Of a DNA stretch of 64,000 nt, positions 1-9,894 are shown piece by piece. Positions within the stretch are counted from its first letter, which is position 1, and every line of letters starts with the position of its first letter. Both the position numbers and the translations under genes were made by a program. Under the pieces are notes generated by a model. It did not search any database, was not told where the DNA came from, and saw only the letters and a program-made list of their open reading frames with translations. Source of the DNA: Candidatus Omnitrophota bacterium (lineage in GTDB: Bacteria > Omnitrophota > JACPQZ01); the NCBI GenBank assembly GCA_016190205.1, contig JACPQZ010000045.1, positions 33,923 through 97,922 of the forward strand, in the 5' to 3' direction.

Positions 1-92
1 AACCCAAACAAATTCCAAACCCTGGTGTTTAGGTCATTGGGATTTAGGATTGGGAGCTTGTTTGGGATTTGTGATTTGTTATTTGGGATTTT
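1..92. repeat. 7-bp-periodic inverted element (TTGGGAT-type units), truncated by window edge
   Basis: Left arm cccaaacaaattccaaa faces right arm ttgggat-ttaggat...ttgtttgggat-ttgtgat-ttgttat-ttgggat; overlaps the stop of the 79..336 ORF. Confidence 0.7.
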
Positions 93-336
93 TCTGAAGG
101 CCCCTGCCGCCCACCCACTGGCCCAGAACTGCGGTAGCAATGAGAATCGGGATAGCCCAATAGGGGCAATGGGAAAGTATCCTGAAGGCGATAACCAGGG
201 GAACGGGCAGGTGGATGTAAAGCCACCACTGAAACGAGAATTTTTTGGCGCGCGCACGCAGCCGTCCGAACGGAAGATTGAGGATGAAGGTAAATACCAT
301 AAGTCCTGCTACGAGCCATAGGGAATGCGTGTGCAT
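79..336 (-). CDS. Small conserved membrane protein
   Basis: 85 aa, three hydrophobic segments, NLPFG...KFS.QW.LYIHLPVP pattern. Confidence 0.7.
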   Translation of the reverse strand: MHTHSLWLVAGLMVFTFILNLPFGRLRARAKKFSFQWWLYIHLPVPLVIAFRILSHCPYWAIPILIATAVLGQWVGGRGLQKNPK

Positions 337-359
337 GTGATCTCCTGTTTTGGCAGACT

Positions 360-383
360 GGCAGACACCCTAGGGTGTCTGCC
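360..383. promoter_or_regulatory. Perfect 24-bp palindrome in divergent intergenic region (candidate operator or hairpin)
   Basis: GGCAGACACCCT|AGGGTGTCTGCC. Confidence 0.45.
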
Positions 384-454
384 TACTGATTTTGCCGGCG
401 ACTGCCATTTGCGAGCCGCCTCGAAATCGTGTTATTATACCCCAAATCCCATCT

Positions 455-838
455 ATGGAAGAAAAGGAAGCGCACTATCACAGGGGAGTGACCCTTTACG
501 GTCAGGAGGACATCAACGGGGCCCTGGCAGAGTACGAGAGGGCCTTGGAGATGGATCCTCACTATGTGGACGCCCTTTTGGGGGCGGCCGTAGCCTGCGA
601 TCGCACAGGCCGGTTGGATCACGCGGTGGCATTCACGCTCCGGGCCGTGCGGATCGACCCTGAAAATCTCCTGGCGCACACCTCACTCTCCCTGTTTTTT
701 CAGAAGCTGGGGATGACACGGTCGGCTGAAGAGACGCAATCTGTAGCGCGGATTCTTGCCTGGAAGGAGGAGGCGCGCGTCAAGCGCGAGTCTCCACCCC
801 AAGACACCAGCGGCGAGAGTCCGTTCAACATACTTTAG
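455..838 (+). CDS. TPR-repeat protein
   Basis: TPR helices (ALAEYERALEMDPHYVDAL; RAVRIDPENLLAH); start moved to ATG455. Confidence 0.75.
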   Translation: MEEKEAHYHRGVTLYGQEDINGALAEYERALEMDPHYVDALLGAAVACDRTGRLDHAVAFTLRAVRIDPENLLAHTSLSLFFQKLGMTRSAEETQSVARILAWKEEARVKRESPPQDTSGESPFNIL

Positions 839-847
839 AAGGTAAAA

Positions 848-1147
848 ATGGCTACCGAAGACGAAGTGATAGGTGCGTTAAAAACCGTTTATGATCCCGA
901 GATCCCGGTAAATATCTATGACTTGGGTCTCATTTACCATGTCGGGATCGAGGGAGGCTCGGTCACCATCGACATGACGCTCACCTCGGCCCACTGTCCA
1001 GCAGCCCAAAGTCTTCCCGACCTTGTACGACAGAAGGTCAGCCGCCTCAACGGGGTCTTAAATACGGATGTCAACCTGGTATGGGACCCGCCCTGGACCC
1101 AGGAACGGATCAGCTTGGAAGGAAGAATGCGCCTGGGGATCGACTGA
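848..1147 (+). CDS. DUF59/SufT-like Fe-S cluster maturation protein
   Basis: VYDPEIPVNIYDLGLIY, MTLTSAHCP, VWDPPW motifs. Confidence 0.9.
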   Translation: MATEDEVIGALKTVYDPEIPVNIYDLGLIYHVGIEGGSVTIDMTLTSAHCPAAQSLPDLVRQKVSRLNGVLNTDVNLVWDPPWTQERISLEGRMRLGID

Positions 1148-1152
1148 AATCC

Positions 1153-1374
1153 ATGCCTCGGCTCCAGTGTAAGATCTTGAAAGAGCGCTGTGCCGGTTCA
1201 GGAGTCTGCGTGTCGGTTGCGCCGTATGTCTTTTCGCTGGATGAGGACGGCAAGGCGGCCGTCGCCGATCTGAACGGGGCAGATGAAGACACGCTCATCG
1301 AGGCCAGCCAGGGTTGTCCCACCTCTGCCATCCTGCTGATTGACACGGAAACCGGGGAAGCCGTATGCCCGTAG
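1153..1374 (+). CDS. Monocluster ferredoxin (probably 3Fe-4S type)
   Basis: CAGSGVC...CPTSAI, second Cys replaced by Ser; start ATG1153. Confidence 0.85.
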   Translation: MPRLQCKILKERCAGSGVCVSVAPYVFSLDEDGKAAVADLNGADEDTLIEASQGCPTSAILLIDTETGEAVCP

Positions 1375-3311
1375 AACTCGAATCTCTGCTCATGGAATCG
1401 CGTGTCTTTGATTCTCCCCAAGCCTTCCGCGAGCACGCAACCATCCGCGACGCGAACATCTGGAAAGAGTCAGACCGCGAGTTCGAGGACTTCTGGGCCC
1501 GCTGGGCGACGGAACTGTCCTGGTTTAGGAAATGGGACCGCGTCTTGGATTGGAAGGCACCCAACGCCCGCTGGTTTGTGGGGGGACGGCTCAACGCGAG
1601 CGTCAATTGCCTGGACCGGCACCTCACCACGCCGCGGCGCACGAAGGCCGCCCTCATCTGGGAAGGGGAGCCCGGGGAGCGCCGGACCCTGACGTACTGG
1701 GACCTCTACAGGCAAGTCCTACGTTTCGCCAATGCCCTGAAGGCTCTCGGCGTCAAACGGCAGGACCGCGTGGCGATTTATCTCCCCATGGTACCGGAAC
1801 TCGTGGTCGCTATGCTCGCCTGCGCGCGCATCGGCGCGGTCCACAGCGTCGTCTTTGCAGGTTTCAGCGCGGAGGCCCTCAAAGACCGTATCCAGGACTC
1901 AAGCGCGTGCCTTCTCATCACGGCGGACGCTTCTTACCGCCGGGGGAGGCTCATCCCCCTCAAGCGTTTTGCCGATGAGGCCGTGGCTCAATGCCCTTCG
2001 ATCCGCCGCGTCGTAGTGTTTAAGCGGAGCGGCATGGAGATCGAATTTAGCGCCAAACGCGATCTTTGGTGGCACGAGCTCATGCGCGAGACGGCCTGCG
2101 AATGCCCCCCCGAAGAGATGGATGCGGAAGACACGCTTTACATCCTATATACCTCGGGCACCACCGGAAAGCCCAAAGGCATCGTGCACACCACGGGCGG
2201 ATACCTGACAGGGGTGACCGCCACCACGCAGTGGGTCTTTGATCTCAAGGAGAATGATGTCTACTGGTGTACCGCCGACATCGGCTGGGTGACCGGTCAC
2301 AGTTACGTCGTGTACGGCCCGCTGGCGTGCGGCGCCACCGTCGTCATGTACGAAGGCGCTCCGGACTGGCCTGACCGCGGACGTTTTTGGAAAATGGTCG
2401 AGGAACACGGGGTATCCGTTTTTTACACCGCCCCGACCGCCATCCGTTCTTTCATGAAGTGGGGGGCCGAGTGGCCCGAGCGGCACGACCTTTCTTCCTT
2501 AAGGCTTTTGGGGACCGTGGGCGAGCCCATTAACCCCGAGGCCTGGGTGTGGTATTACAAAGCAATCGGCCGGGAGCAGTGTCCCATCGTCGACACCTGG
2601 TGGCAGACTGAAACCGGCATGATTATGATCACACCTCTGCCGGGCATCACCCGCATGAAGCCTGGTTCCGTCACCCGCCCTTTTCCGGGCATTCGGGCGG
2701 AGCTATTGAACGTGAAAGGCGAGCGCGTGGAGGAGGGGGGAGGGTATCTTGCCATCACGCGCCCGTGGCCGGCCATGCTGCGCTCGATCTACGGCGATCA
2801 CGACCGTTATGTCAAGGAGTATTGGTCCAAATGGAAGGGCGACATCTATTTTCCCGGCGACGGGGCCAAACGCGACCGTGACGGTGATTTCTGGATTCTG
2901 GGAAGGGTGGACGACGTCTTAAACGTGGCGGGCCACCGCATCGGAACGATGGAGGTGGAAAGCGCCCTGGTAGACCACCCTCGAGTGGCAGAGGCGGCCG
3001 TGGTCACCCGTCCGCATGATGTCAAGGGCGAGGCCATCGTGGCATTCGTAACCTTAAAAGAGGGGGGCGAGCACAATGACCACCTCTCCGGGGAAATCAG
3101 GGAACACGTGGCCAAAAAGATAGGGGCCTTTGCGCGGCCCGAGGAGGTGATCTTTTCACACGATCTCCCCAAGACGCGGTCGGGTAAAATCATGCGCAGG
3201 CTCTTGAGAGATATTGCGGCGGGAAAGGTGCTCGGCGACACGACCACCCTGGCTGATCCTGTCGTGGTGGCAGAACTTAAGGAACGCTATGAGGCACAGT
3301 ATGGAGCATAA
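1365..3311 (+). CDS. acs: Acetate--CoA ligase (AMP-forming)
   Basis: [31 protein letters not shown]; 648 aa. Confidence 0.97.
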   Translation: MPVELESLLMESRVFDSPQAFREHATIRDANIWKESDREFEDFWARWATELSWFRKWDRVLDWKAPNARWFVGGRLNASVNCLDRHLTTPRRTKAALIWEGEPGERRTLTYWDLYRQVLRFANALKALGVKRQDRVAIYLPMVPELVVAMLACARIGAVHSVVFAGFSAEALKDRIQDSSACLLITADASYRRGRLIPLKRFADEAVAQCPSIRRVVVFKRSGMEIEFSAKRDLWWHELMRETACECPPEEMDAEDTLYILYTSGTTGKPKGIVHTTGGYLTGVTATTQWVFDLKENDVYWCTADIGWVTGHSYVVYGPLACGATVVMYEGAPDWPDRGRFWKMVEEHGVSVFYTAPTAIRSFMKWGAEWPERHDLSSLRLLGTVGEPINPEAWVWYYKAIGREQCPIVDTWWQTETGMIMITPLPGITRMKPGSVTRPFPGIRAELLNVKGERVEEGGGYLAITRPWPAMLRSIYGDHDRYVKEYWSKWKGDIYFPGDGAKRDRDGDFWILGRVDDVLNVAGHRIGTMEVESALVDHPRVAEAAVVTRPHDVKGEAIVAFVTLKEGGEHNDHLSGEIREHVAKKIGAFARPEEVIFSHDLPKTRSGKIMRRLLRDIAAGKVLGDTTTLADPVVVAELKERYEAQYGA

Positions 3312-3321
3312 GGGAGGAGCG

Positions 3322-3714
3322 ATGAACATTAGAAGGCAACTGTCCATCTTCGTGGAGAACCGGCCGGGGATGCTCGCGCGCGTCTGCGAAACCATGGCAA
3401 AGAAAAACGTCAACATCCTGGCCCTGGCCATTCAGGACAGCATCGACCATGCCGTCATCCGGATGGTCGTGGACAAGGCCACCGACGCCGCCCACATCCT
3501 GGGGGAGGCGGGGCTTTTGGTGATTGAGAAGGACATCCTCTTCGCAGAAGTCGAAAACCGCCCCGGCATACTGAGCGAAATTGCCGAGCGGTGCCGGGAC
3601 GCCAAGCTCAACATTGAATATGCCTATTGCACGGCAACCGAGAAACAAAAGACAGGATGTGTTATTATAAGCGTATCCGATCCTGAGCAAGCACTTAAAG
3701 TGATCAAACTCTAG
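3322..3714 (+). CDS. Tandem ACT-domain protein
   Basis: QLSIFVENRPGML and ENRPGIL...NIEYAY; RBS GGAGG before ATG3322. Confidence 0.88.
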   Translation: MNIRRQLSIFVENRPGMLARVCETMAKKNVNILALAIQDSIDHAVIRMVVDKATDAAHILGEAGLLVIEKDILFAEVENRPGILSEIAERCRDAKLNIEYAYCTATEKQKTGCVIISVSDPEQALKVIKL

Positions 3715-3725
3715 GGAGGGGGTCA

Positions 3726-4118
3726 ATGAACAAGAGACATGTCTGGATCGTCAAGGTGATGGCGGTCGTTCTCATCGCGGCCCTGGCTGTTTTGGCGGGC
3801 CCGAGCGACGCCCGAGCCGGAAAATTTAGCGCCGAAAAATCTTTGGATAAATTCGGCCGCGGCTTGAGCAATACGGCCTTCGGCTGGATGGAAATACCGA
3901 ACCAGGTGGAAAAGACGTGGGTTGATAAAGGCGCCGGTCCCGCGTGGACGCTGGGCGTGGTCGAGGGGCTTGGCTGGGGAGTGGCCAGAACTGCGATTGG
4001 AGTCTATGAGGTGTTCAGCGCGCCATTTTCCGGGAAGGAAAATTACGAGCCCATTCTCACAGATCCGGTCTCGTTCCTAACGCCCCCCGCTGAGAAGGAC
4101 ATCGCCCGGGACATCTAG
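3726..4118 (+). CDS. TIGR04073-like (exosortase-system-associated) secreted protein, paralog 1
   Basis: Signal peptide, KFGRGLSN..FGWMEIP...G...R...GVYEV..P.F. Confidence 0.75.
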   Translation: MNKRHVWIVKVMAVVLIAALAVLAGPSDARAGKFSAEKSLDKFGRGLSNTAFGWMEIPNQVEKTWVDKGAGPAWTLGVVEGLGWGVARTAIGVYEVFSAPFSGKENYEPILTDPVSFLTPPAEKDIARDI

Positions 4119-4136
4119 ATAATAGCGGCATTCAAA

Positions 4137-4172
4137 ACAAAAGCCCTCTGGGAACTATCAGAGGGCTTTTGT
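4137..4172. terminator. Bidirectional intrinsic terminator
   Basis: ACAAAAGCCCTCTG / CAGAGGGCTTTTGT 14-bp stem between convergent genes. Confidence 0.8.
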
Positions 4173-4185
4173 CGTCAAATCACGA

Positions 4186-4248
4186 AGTCCACAGTCCACG
4201 GTCGACAGTAGACTCTCATCTCTTGCCGTGGACTGTGGTCTGTGGACT
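4186..4248. repeat. 7-bp-periodic inverted element (GTCCACA/TGTGGAC units)
   Basis: agtccacagtccacggtcgacag ... ccgtggactgtggtctgtggact. Confidence 0.75.
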
Positions 4249-4262
4249 ACTTTAATGTGTGC

Positions 4263-4808
4263 CTAAAACTTGATCTCGAGCTTTCGAAGCCAGCGATTGA
4301 GGGCGTAGCGGGAAATACCCAGGACCTCGGCCGCCTTCTGCTGGTTCCAGCTGCAATGGTTGAGGGCCTTCACGATGAGTTTGCGATAAATTTGATCCCT
4401 CGCCTCATCTAGATTAAGCCCGGTGAGGGTAAGCCGGGTGACATCAGAATCACCCGCCGCGCGGTTGACCGCCCGCACGAGCACCTCATTGCTAAACGGT
4501 TTGGCAACCACGTCAAAGGCCCCGAGTGAAGAGTAATATGTCGAATCGGGCCCATCCGCAAAGGCGCTCACGATGATAACCGGAAGATCCGGGTATTTCT
4601 TCTTAATGAGCTGGATGACTTCGGTTCCTTCCATCTTGGGCATGCGGATATCCAGAAGAACACAGCCGTAGCTTTTTCGTTCGAGGAAGGAAACGGCCTT
4701 CGGACTCTCCTGACAGTGGTCCGAAGCATACCCCGCGTGCTCCAGGACTTGCCTTACGGTGTCTGCAACCCCCTCGTCATCGTCTACAATTAGAACCGGT
4801 TTTGTCAT
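4263..4808 (-). CDS. Response regulator (REC + Fis-type HTH, no AAA+ domain)
   Basis: VLIVDDD, LLDIRMP, KPF; C-terminal WNQQKAAEVLGISRYALNRWL. Confidence 0.88.
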   Translation of the reverse strand: MTKPVLIVDDDEGVADTVRQVLEHAGYASDHCQESPKAVSFLERKSYGCVLLDIRMPKMEGTEVIQLIKKKYPDLPVIIVSAFADGPDSTYYSSLGAFDVVAKPFSNEVLVRAVNRAAGDSDVTRLTLTGLNLDEARDQIYRKLIVKALNHCSWNQQKAAEVLGISRYALNRWLRKLEIKF

Positions 4809-4877
4809 GTTGTCTATTATAGTCTTTTGCAGAAAATAAAAAAAGCGGATCATCGCCCTTTGTGGTAATATTTTATA

Positions 4878-6251
4878 TTGAGCGTATATAGCTCATTCTG
4901 TTTAGAAAATGGGAAAAAACTGTTAATGATTACAGATCAATGGGTTACTACAGGAAGCCTTCTCGTTTTAACGGCTATCTGCTTGTACTTGCTTTGGGCG
5001 CTCAATACCCGCTCTGCCAAGACCAGCACCCAATCGGGCCGGACTTCTGACCCTCGCCTTATCGTAGTAGAAGCGGCCAAACGTATGGTCGAGATAACTG
5101 ATCACGATGTCCTCCTGCGTCTCATTGCGAGGTACATGGAAGAGGCGGTGAACGTTTCGCAGATTGGACTTTTTTTCTGGGATGACGAGGTAGAAAAGTA
5201 CCGCTTGACTGTTCAGCGAGGCCGTTTCAAAGCCCCGAAAGACCACGATCAGTTTGGTCTTGAAAACCCGCTGGTCGACTGGTTTCAGCACAGGCAGTCG
5301 GTCTTATTTCCGGATCAGCGCTCACTCCTCTACGCAGACCTCATCAAGACCATGCGGGAAGACCTTTCCTTTCACGAAGGACGCGGGAACCTCGCGACCC
5401 TAAGGCTGGTCAAAAACGAAATGGACTCCTATCAATGCCAGTATATGATTCCCTGCTACTACAAGCACAGGCTCTTGGCCATCGTCATGCTGGGCGCCAA
5501 GCAGGACGGAACCCGGTACACGCAGGAGGAGCTCGACGCGCTCGAAACGCTTTCCAACATCGCAGCGATGGGGATCCGCAACAGCCAGCTTGTGGAAAAG
5601 CATCGCCGGACGAACGAAGAACTCAAAAAGGGGATCGAGGAAGTCGAGACCTTAAGGAAACGCGACATGGATCAGTTCTATCAGACCATTGTCACGCTGG
5701 CTGAGGCCGTCAATGCCAAAGATCAATATACGCATTCCCACCTGGAAGAGGTCGAGGCGCTGGGACAAAAGGTGGCCGAGCGCATCTATCAGATCAAAGG
5801 GGTCCCCTTTGATTATGCCAAGCGCCACATCCTGTCCACTGCCCTAAAATTGCACGACCTCGGGAAGGTGGGCACTCCGGACCATATCCTCAAGAAGAAG
5901 GGGAGCCTGACCAACGAGGAATGGGTCACCATGCGCCTGCACCCCGAAGTGGGAGCCCGCATCCTTTCCCCGATACCTACCTTGCGCGAAGTGGCATACA
6001 TCATCCGGCACCACCACGAAAATTATGATGGGAGCGGGTATCCGGGACACCTCAAGGGAGAGGAGATCCCTCTGGAGGCGCGGATCATTTCTGTTGTGGA
6101 TACGTACCACGCCATCGTATCTACCCGTCCCTACCGAAAGGGTCAGCCCATGGAAATTGCGATTGAGGTCCTGCGCTCCATGGCAGGCAAGCAGTTCGAC
6201 CCTGAAGTAGTGGATGTCTTCGTTGACGTCGTGAAAAACCAGGCCGCCTAG
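4878..6251 (+). CDS. Membrane-anchored GAF + HD-GYP cyclic-dinucleotide phosphodiesterase
   Basis: N-terminal TM, GAF-like region, LHDLGK, HHHENYDGSGYP; real start may be ATG4926. Confidence 0.88.
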   Translation: MSVYSSFCLENGKKLLMITDQWVTTGSLLVLTAICLYLLWALNTRSAKTSTQSGRTSDPRLIVVEAAKRMVEITDHDVLLRLIARYMEEAVNVSQIGLFFWDDEVEKYRLTVQRGRFKAPKDHDQFGLENPLVDWFQHRQSVLFPDQRSLLYADLIKTMREDLSFHEGRGNLATLRLVKNEMDSYQCQYMIPCYYKHRLLAIVMLGAKQDGTRYTQEELDALETLSNIAAMGIRNSQLVEKHRRTNEELKKGIEEVETLRKRDMDQFYQTIVTLAEAVNAKDQYTHSHLEEVEALGQKVAERIYQIKGVPFDYAKRHILSTALKLHDLGKVGTPDHILKKKGSLTNEEWVTMRLHPEVGARILSPIPTLREVAYIIRHHHENYDGSGYPGHLKGEEIPLEARIISVVDTYHAIVSTRPYRKGQPMEIAIEVLRSMAGKQFDPEVVDVFVDVVKNQAA

Positions 6252-6255
6252 CCGT

Positions 6256-7194
6256 ATGATTTTCATGCGCCTAACCATCGTGTCACTTGCCCTTGTGCTC
6301 ACCGCGTGCGGCTGCGCAACTGCCTCCCGCCGGGGTGACGGCACGATGACGCTCGAGCCCGTCCGCTGGCATCATCAGGAGTTTCTGCTGGGAATCCGCT
6401 CCCTGACACCCCACGGGGCCGCGGAAATCCATGGCCTGCGCGTAGGGGATCTCATCCTGTCCGTGGACGGAGAGCCGGTGGGCGACAGGGAGGCCCTCGA
6501 GCGCAGGGTCCGGGAGGGACAGGGGCCCATCGAGCTTAACGTTTTATCCAGTGGAGTGGAGTGGTCGCATTCTCTGCCCGAGCAGTTCCGGACAACGGGG
6601 TTGGGAGTGGATGCCCAACCTAGTTACCGAACGGTTACAGAAAAAGGTGTCCCTCTAGCCATTGCAGAAGGGCGATTAGTCGTCGTGAGCGCATGGGCGC
6701 GCCAAAGTAAAGATCTCATGTTTGTCGACCTCCGCGTCGAAAATCTTAGCGACTCTACGATCGAGGTGACCCCGCGTGCGTTTACGCTTTTGGACAGCGG
6801 GCGGAAAGTCGTGCGGCCCTACCACCCCCGCGATCTGGCAGGATCCTACCTGAGTGGAGCGGAGCTTGCCCTGGATGAGGCGGATATCCACATGGGCGGG
6901 GCCGCCGGACGCAGACATTCCGTGAAGATCTCTTCCTTAGACCCCATCTCGGGGCTTATCTCCGCCCTCCTGGCCCTGCCTTTTCAAACAGCCGAAGCCT
7001 CCATCCGCGAGGCCCGTAAGGCCCAGGTGAAGGCAGAGGCCATTGTTGACAGGGCCTATGCGTTCGGCCCCCTTCCCGCGCGAGCCTCCCAGGAGGGGCT
7101 CCTTTTCTATCCCCACACGGACGAACTGCCCATAACACTTACCGTAACTATCGGGGAAGATCACCTCAATCTTGTTTTTATGGAACCGGCCTAA
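6256..7194 (+). CDS. PDZ-domain lipoprotein
   Basis: Lipobox LTAC/GC; AEIHGLRVGDLILSVDGEPV. Confidence 0.7.
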   Translation: MIFMRLTIVSLALVLTACGCATASRRGDGTMTLEPVRWHHQEFLLGIRSLTPHGAAEIHGLRVGDLILSVDGEPVGDREALERRVREGQGPIELNVLSSGVEWSHSLPEQFRTTGLGVDAQPSYRTVTEKGVPLAIAEGRLVVVSAWARQSKDLMFVDLRVENLSDSTIEVTPRAFTLLDSGRKVVRPYHPRDLAGSYLSGAELALDEADIHMGGAAGRRHSVKISSLDPISGLISALLALPFQTAEASIREARKAQVKAEAIVDRAYAFGPLPARASQEGLLFYPHTDELPITLTVTIGEDHLNLVFMEPA

Positions 7195-7199
7195 CCCAT

Positions 7200-7862
7200 A
7201 TGTCCCGCGCCGAAGACCTGCCCTTTGACCCCAGCCGTTTTTCCGGCAAGGTGCCCCTCTTTCCCTTGCCTGACGCCGTGCTCCTGCCGGGCCAGGAAAT
7301 GAAACTCTGTGTCTTCGAACTGCGTTACCGGGCCATGATCCAAACGGCACTCACCGGCGAACTCCTGGTCGGAATGGCCCTGTTAAAACCGGGGTGGGAG
7401 CCGCATTACCTCGAGTCGCCGGATATCTATCCCGTCATCTGCGTGGGATGGATACGTTCTCATGAGCGCCTGGATGACGGACGCTTTAACCTGGTTTTAA
7501 CGGGGCAGGAGCGGGCTAAGGTGGAGAGCGAGACGCAGAAAATTCCTTACCGCGTAGCCGAGGTCACCCTACTCAAAGACGAGGACCCTCACTCCGCTGA
7601 TGTGGAAAAAGACCGGAAATGGCTTATCCAGTGGATCGAGAAACGACTGCCACCTGATTCCTCGCTCAAGGATCTTTTCCGGAACCGCTGGTCCAAGCTC
7701 CCGCTCGGGCGCCTCGCGGACGCCGTCTCCGCCTCTCTTAAGGTCACGCCTGCGGTCAAATACAGCCTCCTGGAGGCTACAGCCGTAAACGAGCGCATTC
7801 AAAGGCTCCGCCCCCTGCTCAAGGGCATGAAAATGACGAGCGACGTCTGGAAAAAACCATGA
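7200..7862 (+). CDS. Stand-alone LON peptidase substrate-binding domain protein
   Basis: PLFPLPDAVLLPG...VFELRYRAMI, DGRFNLVLTG. Confidence 0.88.
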   Translation: MSRAEDLPFDPSRFSGKVPLFPLPDAVLLPGQEMKLCVFELRYRAMIQTALTGELLVGMALLKPGWEPHYLESPDIYPVICVGWIRSHERLDDGRFNLVLTGQERAKVESETQKIPYRVAEVTLLKDEDPHSADVEKDRKWLIQWIEKRLPPDSSLKDLFRNRWSKLPLGRLADAVSASLKVTPAVKYSLLEATAVNERIQRLRPLLKGMKMTSDVWKKP

Positions 7863-7874
7863 AGCTTGAGCGCC

Positions 7875-7904
7875 TTGACCCATCCAGAAGGGCTATGATA
7901 TACT
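7875..7904 (+). promoter_or_regulatory. Sigma70-like promoter
   Basis: TTGACC-18-TATACT with extended TG. Confidence 0.55.
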
Positions 7905-7944
7905 TTCAGTTACGAAGGGTTTGACGAAAAAGAAAGGGTCAATC

Positions 7945-8664
7945 ATGAATAAAGGATCTATAGGAGTTGTCGTAACTATAGCCTGCGGTCTTATTATCCC
8001 TTATGCGCAGCAGGTTCAGGCAGAAGATACTGCAGCGACGAAAGTTCTCAAACAGGGCCTCGTGGGCGCCGGGGTAGGCGCCATCAGCGCCGAGGCCTCG
8101 GGCGGGAAGGCCGGGAAGGGGGCGCTCGTGGGCGCCGGGACGAACGTTATTGGAAGTGCGCTTCTGGACGCCTTGAGCGGCAGCAGCGCCCCTCCAGCAC
8201 CCGCACCTCCTCCTAGACCCCGTTATTATGAACAGCCACAACCCCAATACCAGGACCCGTATTACGAAGAAGAGTACTATGAGCCGGCGCCTCCTCCGCC
8301 GCCGCCTGCTCCACGGCGCGTGATCCGAAGGACGGCGCCTGCCCCTCAACCTGCTCAAAACCAATCCACAAAAATCCTCAAACAGGGCCTTGTGGGCGCC
8401 GGGGTAGGCGCCATCAGCGCCGAGGCCTCGGGCGGGAAGGCCGGGAAGGGGGCGCTCGTGGGCGCCGGGACGAACGTCCTCGGGAGCGCGCTCTTGGATT
8501 TTTTCAGCAATAGCTCCAGCCAGAACACACAGCAATACTACGAAGAGCCTGCCCAGCAGGAATACTATTACGAAGAAGAACAGCAGTACTACGACGACCA
8601 GGGCACGACTTCAGAAACCAGTCCCACGCGCCGGACTCGCCGCGTGATCCGACAGGGGTACTGA
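7945..8664 (+). CDS. Secreted protein with two glycine-zipper-like repeats and P/Y/E/Q-rich linkers
   Basis: Signal peptide; duplicated LKQGLVGAGVGAISAEASGGKAGKGALVGAGTNV. Confidence 0.75.
   Translation: MNKGSIGVVVTIACGLIIPYAQQVQAEDTAATKVLKQGLVGAGVGAISAEASGGKAGKGALVGAGTNVIGSALLDALSGSSAPPAPAPPPRPRYYEQPQPQYQDPYYEEEYYEPAPPPPPPAPRRVIRRTAPAPQPAQNQSTKILKQGLVGAGVGAISAEASGGKAGKGALVGAGTNVLGSALLDFFSNSSSQNTQQYYEEPAQQEYYYEEEQQYYDDQGTTSETSPTRRTRRVIRQGY
8047..8477 (+). repeat. Intragenic 101-bp direct repeat (8047-8147 and 8377-8477)
   Basis: Copies differ at one synonymous position. Confidence 0.9.
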
Positions 8665-8683
8665 CCTCGGGGTAACACCTCTT

Positions 8684-8788
8684 GTCGCTGGCCGCTGGTC
8701 GCTAGTCGCTGGCAAGCAAGAACCCCATCAGTTTAAAGACCGTTTCATTATGCTAGCGACCAGCGACTAGCGACTAGTTACTAGCGAC
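8684..8788. repeat. 7-bp-periodic inverted element (GTCGCTA/TAGCGAC units)
   Basis: gtcgctg-gccgctg-gtcgcta-gtcgctg ... tagcgac-cagcgac-tagcgac-tagttac-tagcgac. Confidence 0.8.
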
Positions 8789-8814
8789 GGGCGGTGATAA
8801 TAATCCGGCCAACC

Positions 8815-8850
8815 ACCCACCCAGGCCAGTAAGCCTGGGTGGGTTTTTTT
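8815..8850 (+). terminator. Intrinsic terminator
   Basis: ACCCACCCAGGC / GCCTGGGTGGGT followed by a T-run. Confidence 0.85.
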
Positions 8851-8919
8851 ACGAAGCTCCCTTGACCTCATGCCTCCTCGAAGTCTATACTGCACTTAAA
8901 TCGAGGAGGCCAAAAAAAC

Positions 8920-9207
8920 ATGTTGGATGGATCGCGCACCAACCGGATTTTGCTGATTGTCATCCTCGCGCTCATACTGGCCGATTTTCTGAAGACCCAA
9001 TCATGCTCGAACGAGGCATGGGCACAGAACCTCCTGTCTCCCCACTTGAGTTTGGCGGTAGAAGGGGGGGCTTTTTTTATCTTGAGCCCGGAGGATAAGA
9101 TGATTTATGCCTATGACCGTCGGCAGGGAAAGCTCGGGCGGATTTACCACATTACGGAGCTCGCGCAGGATTTTACGATAAAGACGGGGGGATGGAAGTC
9201 TAACTGA
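8920..9207 (+). CDS. Hypothetical membrane-anchored protein
   Basis: RBS AGGAGG, upstream TTGACC-18-TATACT, N-terminal TM. Confidence 0.7.
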   Translation: MLDGSRTNRILLIVILALILADFLKTQSCSNEAWAQNLLSPHLSLAVEGGAFFILSPEDKMIYAYDRRQGKLGRIYHITELAQDFTIKTGGWKSN

Positions 9208-9848
9208 TGCTTGAAGACAAGGTCTTACGCGGGGCCCTCATCGTCTCGCTCGTCACCCACGGGGGGCTTTTCGCAACCGGTCACCCCTTGTGGGGCTTTA
9301 CCACGGTTAAAGAACTCCATGACCCCGAGATCATCTACTTTGCCCCTCCCTCCCCGCAGACCACGGTTATCATAACGAAACAAGTCCCGGAGGCTTCTTC
9401 CCAGGGGCTTGCCCAGTACCCCGTGAAGACCCCCGTCGAGCGGACACGGCCCGCCCCGAAAAAACCCAAGGCGGAAGTAAAATCACAATCCAAAGTTGAG
9501 AAGCCGCCCGCCGTCATCGAAATTCCAATCCCGGACGATCTTCCCTCCCAGTTCGTTCCTATTTTCGTGGATTACTACAAGGCGGTCCGGGCGCGCATCC
9601 TGCGCTACCTGGACTATCCCAACTCGGCGCGCACGCAAAAGATCGGAGGGGATGTGTGGCTGGCATTTGACCTGGATCGTCAGGGCAGATTGAGGGCGCT
9701 CAAACTGCAAAGGAGCGGGATCCACGAGCTCCTCAACGGAGCAGCTCTACAGAGCATCCGGGCCGCCTCTCCGTTTCCTGCCTTTCCATCCAACCTGCCT
9801 CAAGAGCGGATCACCTTCAATGTCCAAATTGAGTTTCAACTTGACTAG
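9207..9848 (+). CDS. TonB family protein
   Basis: N-terminal TM with SxxxH, Pro/Lys linker, YP..AR...G.V...SG...L..AAL..IR.ASPFP. Confidence 0.85.
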   Translation: MLEDKVLRGALIVSLVTHGGLFATGHPLWGFTTVKELHDPEIIYFAPPSPQTTVIITKQVPEASSQGLAQYPVKTPVERTRPAPKKPKAEVKSQSKVEKPPAVIEIPIPDDLPSQFVPIFVDYYKAVRARILRYLDYPNSARTQKIGGDVWLAFDLDRQGRLRALKLQRSGIHELLNGAALQSIRAASPFPAFPSNLPQERITFNVQIEFQLD

Positions 9849-9894
9849 AATGCACAAGCATGATACAACTAACTTAACGACATAAAGTTAGGGG

